Shown here piece by piece: positions 58,324 to 64,000 of a stretch of DNA of 64,000 nt. Source of the stretch: an uncultured Bacteroidota bacterium. Lineage in GTDB: Bacteria; Bacteroidota; Bacteroidia; Bacteroidales; GCA-2748055. The translations under genes and the position numbers were made by a program. Within the stretch, counting starts at the first letter, position 1, and every line of letters begins with the position of its first letter. The stretch spans positions 393,913 to 457,912 of the forward strand of contig CAVQUO010000022.1 in the NCBI GenBank assembly GCA_963716765.1, in the 5' to 3' direction. The notes under the pieces were generated by a model. It did no database searches, was not told the origin of the DNA, and was given only the letters and a program-made list of their open reading frames with translations.

Positions 58324-59098
58324 TTATTTGACGGGCACAAATTCAACATAATCCCAGAATACCATTCCTGCCATAATATTTCTGATGGTAATGGTGTGCT
58401 CAGCTGTGGTTTCAAAAACGGCATCAGCAACCTTCTGCAGGCCACCTGCCCCGGTACCATAAGCTCCGGTATACGTAATACCGGTCCCTACTCCGTCAAG
58501 AGAAACTACACAATCAGTTACATCACCCCAGGGTGGCTGCATGAGATAAATCTCGTATTTACCTTTTATCACCTTGGGAAAAGTTATGGAAACCTCCCAC
58601 CAACCGTCTACTACCTGGATCACTCCGTTGGAACAGTAAATATCCCTGTTAATAATCTTTGAATATTTAGCTATAACAATATCAGAGCCTTCAAATTCGC
58701 TGGGCAGGAAGTCACTTAGCCCATTTTCATAGGGTAGAGCATCCAGTCCGATATCACCGCTTGAAATAAAGTTGGCCACAAAATGATTCCTGCAAACTTC
58801 CTCTATAAATTCCGGACTAAATCCTTCCAATCCACTCACCCCCTTGAGGGTATAATAATCAAACATTGCATCATTGGTCGGGAGAAACACTGTATACGGT
58901 CCCCTGATTTTCAAAAGAGCTTTCATCCCTGCCAGCTCAAATTGCTGGCTAAATAATCGCCGATCACCTGTTGCTCTGAATCCACCTTCCACAATTGGGG
59001 TTCTTCCTTACATGATGGAAGTAAAAAAAGCACAGTAAAAAACAAGATTATACCGAATTTAAATCCGTAAGAAAATGAGAATCCAGGGTATAAATTCA
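58324..59098 (-). CDS. fasciclin (FAS1) domain lipoprotein, short paralog (internal ~250-aa segment absent); one frame change near 58950
   Basis: LPSCKEEPQLWKV..., GPYTVFLPTNDAM, CSNGVIQVVD fused directly to GWWEVSITFPKV...MVFWDYVEFVPVK. Confidence 0.7.
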
Positions 59099-59181
59099 TT
59101 GTTTCCTTTTGATTACCCCGGCAAATTAGCAGAATAAGTAAGGAAGTGCAATTAAATCTCTAACTATATTTCTAAGCGTAT

Positions 59182-60690
59182 TTAATTTACAGGAACAAAT
59201 TGAACATAATCCCAGAATACCATACCAGCCATGATATTCCTGATGGTAATGGTATGCTCGGTAGTGGTTTCAAAAACAGCATCAGCAACCTTCTGCAAGC
59301 CACCTGAACCTGTTCCATAGGCACCGGTATAGGTGTAACCTGTAGATACGCCATCCAGAGATACAACACAATCGGTTACATCACCCCAGTTGGGTTGAAA
59401 GAGATTCACCTCGTATGTGCCTTTCATTACCTTGGGAAAGGTGATGGAGATTTCCCACCATCCTCCTTGAATAGCAAGGCAATCTCGATTTAAAACACCT
59501 GTATTGTTCTGCTGATAATAGTATTGCAAATAATTACCTCTCCACTTGATTTTCTCCAGGTCGTTATCACCATCAAAGAATCTCATATAGTATTTCTGGT
59601 AATAATCTCCCTGCTGCAGGTCGAAAAAGTCAGTTGTTTCAAATTGGACAAAAGCTGGTTGGGGATCAATTGCCGGCAAAATATCATCAATAGAGTGCAA
59701 AGCACCATTTTTTGCGGCAGTATTGGATGCCTCAATATTAAAGCCCGTATATAACTTGGTATCACGATCGTAATTTATTTTATAATCAGTATCAATGGTG
59801 AAGGCCACGTTATTGTCCCTGGAAAGGATGGGATATACCCCGGTAAGCAAGTCGGACAGGTAATAGCTGCCATTCATACAATGATATTCTATGTAGCGGT
59901 AGAAAGGATTTTCCAGGAAAGTAACACTATCCCGGTTAGCGCCGCACCACTCAATCAAATCATCAACATTATTAATTCCATACCGATTATAAATGGTATC
60001 CGCTACTGCCAATAAGGTATACCTCGTACGTGCCACCTTGCTTCCATAAGGAAAAGTAATAATCTGAAGTGTGTCCTTCAAACCCGTAATGGTAAGCCCA
60101 TCGGAAAAAATTTTATAAGATGGATCTGAGGATACCAAACTGAAAATGTCCATAACAACCGGATCCAATACCTTATCCACAACCTGAACAACTCCATTGG
60201 AACAATAAATATCTCTCTGAGTTATTTTGGACGTTTTAGAAATAAGGATATCAGAACCCTGAAATTCACTTGACAAATAGTCACCCAGTCCGTTCACCTC
60301 TCTTAATGCGCCCAAACCTATATCACCGGTTCCTATGAAAGCATTAACAAAATGATTCCGACAAATATTCTCCTGGACCTCTGTACTAAAGCCCTCCAAT
60401 CCACTCACACCCTTTAGCGCGTAATACTCCATCATTGCGTCGTTGGTAGGGAGAAAGACAGTAAAAGGTCCCCTTATTCTCAACAAGGCTTTCATGCCTG
60501 CGAGCTCGATAAGTTTATTAAATTCTGAATACTCAGGATTACCGGCTATATAATCCCCGATCACCTGTTGCTCCGAATTCACCTTCCATAATTGAGGTTC
60601 TTCCTTACAAGAGTTGATAGCTATGACAGTAATGAACAGAAAAATGATCCGGCTTATGCAGTTTAAGTTGCAAATGGTTTTAAGCTTCAT
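59182..60690 (-). CDS. fasciclin (FAS1) domain lipoprotein, long paralog; intact 502 aa
   Basis: INSCKEEPQLWKV, GPFTVFLPTNDAM, CSNGVVQVVDKVL, second FAS1-like region, C-terminal GWWEISITFPKV...MVFWDYVQFVPVN. Confidence 0.8.
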   Translation of the reverse strand: MKLKTICNLNCISRIIFLFITVIAINSCKEEPQLWKVNSEQQVIGDYIAGNPEYSEFNKLIELAGMKALLRIRGPFTVFLPTNDAMMEYYALKGVSGLEGFSTEVQENICRNHFVNAFIGTGDIGLGALREVNGLGDYLSSEFQGSDILISKTSKITQRDIYCSNGVVQVVDKVLDPVVMDIFSLVSSDPSYKIFSDGLTITGLKDTLQIITFPYGSKVARTRYTLLAVADTIYNRYGINNVDDLIEWCGANRDSVTFLENPFYRYIEYHCMNGSYYLSDLLTGVYPILSRDNNVAFTIDTDYKINYDRDTKLYTGFNIEASNTAAKNGALHSIDDILPAIDPQPAFVQFETTDFFDLQQGDYYQKYYMRFFDGDNDLEKIKWRGNYLQYYYQQNNTGVLNRDCLAIQGGWWEISITFPKVMKGTYEVNLFQPNWGDVTDCVVSLDGVSTGYTYTGAYGTGSGGLQKVADAVFETTTEHTITIRNIMAGMVFWDYVQFVPVN

Positions 60691-60902
60691 TGAATAATTT
60701 TTTAGAAGTAGACCCTAAAAATAAGACTTTCGGGGATATGAACCATCCATTTCTTATTTATTCTCGGACAGAGTAGCAAACCAAATGTTAAATATTAAGT
60801 TAATTGTTGTTTTATTTAGACTCACTCCAGATAAGCGCCGTACCTTTCCTATAGAAATTGATAATTAGTTTCATTTTTTTTAATCCTTAAATACATTTAA
60901 CA

Positions 60903-61622
60903 ATGAAAAAGTTTCTCTTTTTAAGCGCAGTATGCTTATTATCACTGAGCCTTGTTTCGGCTCAGAAAAGTCCTTTCCCCCTTATCGGAGGCACGGCTCC
61001 ATCTTTTACAGCCACTAGCACCAATGGAAAAATACATTTTCCTGAAGATTATGGAAACAGCTGGAAAATCATGTTCTCCCACCCCAAGGATTTTACCCCG
61101 GTATGCTCTTCGGAAATGCTCGAACTAGCTTACAATCAGAAAAGCTTCGAAGAAATGGGAGTCAAACTAGTGGTACTTTCAACCGATATCCTTGATCAGC
61201 ACAATTCATGGAAAAGTGCCCTGGAAGAGATCTCCTGGAAAGACAGGGCCCCTGTAAGCATTGACTTTCCGATTATTGCTGACAATGATCTGAAGGTCTC
61301 AACCCTTTACGGTATGATTCATTCCCAGGCCAGTGTAAGTGAAAATATCAGGGGTGTCTACATTATTAATCCTGATAATGTTATCAAGGCAATCTTATTC
61401 TATCCAAATGAAGTGGGTAGAGATATTGATGAGTTAAAAAGAGCAGTAGCTGCCCTGCAAACCAACTATGAAGATAAATCTGTGGTTACTCCGGCAAACT
61501 GGCAGGTGGGTGATGATGTGATTGTTCCCGTACTGTCCCAGGCTGATAAAAATGCTTTGAGCAGCCCTGATTCTGAGTACTACCAATTGTCATGGTTCAT
61601 GACCTTTAAAAAGTCTGAATAA
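60903..61622 (+). CDS. secreted 1-Cys/Prx6-like peroxiredoxin; intact
   Basis: Signal peptide; WKIMFSHPKDFTPVCSSE peroxidatic Cys block. Confidence 0.9.
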   Translation: MKKFLFLSAVCLLSLSLVSAQKSPFPLIGGTAPSFTATSTNGKIHFPEDYGNSWKIMFSHPKDFTPVCSSEMLELAYNQKSFEEMGVKLVVLSTDILDQHNSWKSALEEISWKDRAPVSIDFPIIADNDLKVSTLYGMIHSQASVSENIRGVYIINPDNVIKAILFYPNEVGRDIDELKRAVAALQTNYEDKSVVTPANWQVGDDVIVPVLSQADKNALSSPDSEYYQLSWFMTFKKSE

Positions 61623-61651
61623 GATCCAATCGTTTTAGCTTAGGCTATTTA

Positions 61652-61692
61652 AGGCAGGTGTACACAAAGTGTGTGCGCTTGCCTTTTTTTTT
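61652..61692 (+). terminator. intrinsic terminator after the peroxiredoxin
   Basis: 15-bp stem (with G-U pairs) aggcaggtgtacaca / tgtgtgcgcttgcct, loop aag, T9 tract. Confidence 0.7.
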
Positions 61693-61751
61693 GCCCTGCC
61701 TGCAACTTCTTTAGTAGCTTAATGGTTATATTGCTGAAGCTTGATACCCGT

Positions 61752-63923
61752 ATGAGAAGATATTTTATTGCCTTTAGAATAGTATTGTTTTTTGCCCTCA
61801 CTTCCCTGGTATTTTCTGAGGCAAAAGCTCAAACAATTAGAATTATGCCACTTGGTAACTCCATTACTGCAGGTGGCATGTGTATCAATGGAGATATTGA
61901 CAGCTGTGTTCCCCTGGGAGGAAATAATGCAGTGGGATATCGCCTCAGGCTATACAATCTCCTGAATGCAGCAGGCTATAGTTTCGATTTCGTGGGAACC
62001 GAACAATATGGAAACAGTCAAATGGCAGATTCGGATTGTGCCGGATTTGGAGGAATCCGCGACTCACAGTTAGCCGATATAATGGAAACGGGGTCATCTT
62101 CGCATTCATCGGGCTATGTTACTCCGGGCCCATACATGCAAAGCATTCCTGCAGACATCATTTTGCTTCATATAGGGACCAATGACATCCTGGGAGCCGA
62201 TACAGCAAATGCTGACATAGATCGGATCCTTGATGCAGTGGATGATTATGAGACGGCCAGTGGTGATACCGTCATGGTTTTCCTGGCCAGAATAATCAGC
62301 ACACAATATGAGGCTTGCGGGGAAAATCCCCGAATCGTTGCTTATAACGGGATCATTGATAATCTGGCTGCCGCAAGGCAGGCTGCGGGTGATCATCTCA
62401 TCCTGGTGGACATGGAATGTGATGCCGGGCTGGACTATGACAATGACTTCACCGACCAGGTGCATCCCAATCAAAGCGGATACGACAAGATGGGGCAGGC
62501 CTGGTTTGACGCCATTGATTCATGGATCAAATCCATGAATATCACCTATGAACTCACTATGCAAACATCCGGTGGGGGTGGATCCGTTTCTCCCGCTGAA
62601 GGGGTGCATACTTATGAGGAAGGAAGTATTGTAGATCTTAGTGCCACACCCGCAGCCGGATACGAATTTAGTGCATGGACGGGCGATTTGGAGAGCTCTG
62701 TCAACCCACTGACAGTGACCATGGACAGCGATAAAAACATTACGGCCAATTTTAGTAAACTCAGCTATGAACTAACAGTAAGCACTGACGGTACAGCTGG
62801 GGCAACTGTAAGTCCGGCCGGAAGCATTTCAGTTGAACACGGGGAAACAACAGACATCGAGGTAAAAAATGTTCCCGAGGGGTCGGATTTCCTTGCCTGG
62901 GAGATAATAGCAGGCTCATCTGTAATTATTGCTGATACAACAGCCCTGAGCACAACTGTAAGCTTGGCATCAGGAAATGCCACAATTCGAGCAAACTTCA
63001 GGAAGATTATAAAAGTTTCAAGCCTGGATTATCCCGACCTTCCAGCTAAAATTGACGATACCATGCGCTCAACAATCACCGTGGTAAATGATCAGGGTGA
63101 AGCCCTTAGCCTGGTGTCTGGTTATATCGGGGGCTATCCCTTGTCAAATCTGATACGCATCGATTCAATCTCTTATACTGTTGATATTTTTATCAATAAG
63201 GGCGGAAACTCCTATCTGGCTGAGGAGAATATCCCTGTGAGCAACCTGGTTCTTAGCGATGGCAGCCTGTTTAGTGAAAGCTATGATGACACCATTGTAC
63301 AAAATAATGACCCCATTGATGCAGAGGCTCCTGAGGTTTTGTTACTTAGCGTACCGGATTCCGTTTTTGGTGCCGGGGATACCATTTTAATGACTATTGT
63401 GGCCGATGGTGAAGGCTATCTTGCTGAATCAGGAACTGAAATTAACGGAGTTCCTATTTCCTCGTCCAGGATTAAACTCAGCGAGATTGTTGCGGGTGAG
63501 TATCTGCTTGCCTATGCAGTGGACGGCCAGGACAGTAGCGTAAGGTCCGGACAGCTTCAGGCTTCTGTGATTCTCAGGGATGAAGCCGGGAATATTAGCA
63601 ATAGGCTTAGCGAAATAGAAGATAATTCACTGGAAATCATTTTCCCTACAACCGGAATTTTCAAAAATGAGCAAAGGGATCTTCATATTTCTCCAAATCC
63701 TGCCAGTAATCTTTTCTTCCTGGGTATGGAAAATACCTCAACAACAGGCGGAAGTCTGGAAGTATTCGATATCAGAGGCCGCTGCATGATCTCAAGTGAT
63801 CTTTCCAGAGAACAGGTGATTTCGGGTATAAGCATTTCAAACCTTGATCCCGGTATCTATCTGGTACGATTCACAAGCGAACTCGGAAGGGTGGGACTGG
63901 GGAAATTGATTATTTCCGAATAA
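61752..63923 (+). CDS. SGNH/GDSL hydrolase with two InlB-B-repeat-like domains, Ig-like region and T9SS C-terminal sorting domain; intact
   Basis: IMPLGNSITAG (block I), GFGG, DQVHPNQSGY (block V). Repeats YELTMQTSGGGGSVSP...GYEFSAWTGD...ITANF and YELTVSTDGTAGATVSP...IRANF. C-terminal ISPNPASNLFFL...GIYLVRFTS...GKLIISE. Confidence 0.8.
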   Translation: MRRYFIAFRIVLFFALTSLVFSEAKAQTIRIMPLGNSITAGGMCINGDIDSCVPLGGNNAVGYRLRLYNLLNAAGYSFDFVGTEQYGNSQMADSDCAGFGGIRDSQLADIMETGSSSHSSGYVTPGPYMQSIPADIILLHIGTNDILGADTANADIDRILDAVDDYETASGDTVMVFLARIISTQYEACGENPRIVAYNGIIDNLAAARQAAGDHLILVDMECDAGLDYDNDFTDQVHPNQSGYDKMGQAWFDAIDSWIKSMNITYELTMQTSGGGGSVSPAEGVHTYEEGSIVDLSATPAAGYEFSAWTGDLESSVNPLTVTMDSDKNITANFSKLSYELTVSTDGTAGATVSPAGSISVEHGETTDIEVKNVPEGSDFLAWEIIAGSSVIIADTTALSTTVSLASGNATIRANFRKIIKVSSLDYPDLPAKIDDTMRSTITVVNDQGEALSLVSGYIGGYPLSNLIRIDSISYTVDIFINKGGNSYLAEENIPVSNLVLSDGSLFSESYDDTIVQNNDPIDAEAPEVLLLSVPDSVFGAGDTILMTIVADGEGYLAESGTEINGVPISSSRIKLSEIVAGEYLLAYAVDGQDSSVRSGQLQASVILRDEAGNISNRLSEIEDNSLEIIFPTTGIFKNEQRDLHISPNPASNLFFLGMENTSTTGGSLEVFDIRGRCMISSDLSREQVISGISISNLDPGIYLVRFTSELGRVGLGKLIISE

Positions 63924-63933
63924 TTTGGGCCCC

Positions 63934-64000
63934 TTAGAACTCCTCACCACCTCCACCATCTGATCCCCTGTCACGGCTGCTCTGCTTGAAATTATTCAGA
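63934..64000 (-). CDS. 3' end of an unidentified minus-strand gene (partial)
   Basis: Reverse translation ...LNNFKQSSRDRGSDGGGGEEF then stop. Too short to assign. Confidence 0.2.
   Translation of the reverse strand, partial: LNNFKQSSRDRGSDGGGGEEF

Noticed and set aside
58324-60690. Whether the diverged paired repeats of the fasciclin genes represent a diversity-generating retroelement or an invertible phase-variation switch
   Set aside because: There is no reverse transcriptase, recombinase or inverted repeat nearby. The repeats are in direct orientation, and the differences are not adenine-biased by eye. Ordinary tandem duplication explains them.
1-64000. Search for mobile elements, prophage, defence systems, toxin-antitoxin pairs and RNA genes
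   Set aside because: I found no transposase, integrase, terminal inverted repeats, restriction/Cas/Abi-like proteins, tRNA-like cloverleaf regions or rRNA. The DEAD-box helicases have housekeeping RhlE-type motifs rather than defence-type architectures.

Overview
This 64-kb chromosomal segment looks Bacteroidota-like: T9SS C-terminal sorting domains, a CarboxypepD_reg-type TonB-dependent receptor followed by a DUF4249-type lipoprotein, a DUF4890-like protein, TAnnTTTG -7 boxes, and almost no Shine-Dalgarno sites. I can support about 52 protein genes, six intrinsic terminators and one coding 60-bp tandem repeat. I saw no rRNA, tRNA, CRISPR array, transposase, integrase or phage gene. In order, the window holds 2-oxo acid dehydrogenase E2 and fused E1, flavodoxin, leuA, a TonB receptor pair, a secreted repeat protein, an AmmeMemoRadiSam three-gene cassette, msrA, a TPR histidine kinase, csp, ThuA, TrpB2, LOG and OsmC. 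Next comes a 15.5-kb eight-gene transporter block: ABC ATPase, giant permease, TolC, MFP, two RND permeases, a membrane-anchored ABC ATPase and a small permease. After that are a glycan/sulfatase/oxidoreductase island, two divergent DEAD-box helicases, a MacB/FtsX-type permease, and fasciclin/T9SS surface proteins. The dominant technical feature is that roughly three quarters of the genes are split over 2-8 reading frames by single-base indels, mostly at homopolymers, while a few multi-kb stretches are perfectly clean. Coordinates below are frame-repaired spans. All family calls rest on motif recognition by eye, not on database searches. The best candidate for something undescribed is the tightly packed ABC/RND composite operon, together with its ABC ATPase that appears to carry a polytopic membrane insertion inside the nucleotide-binding domain.
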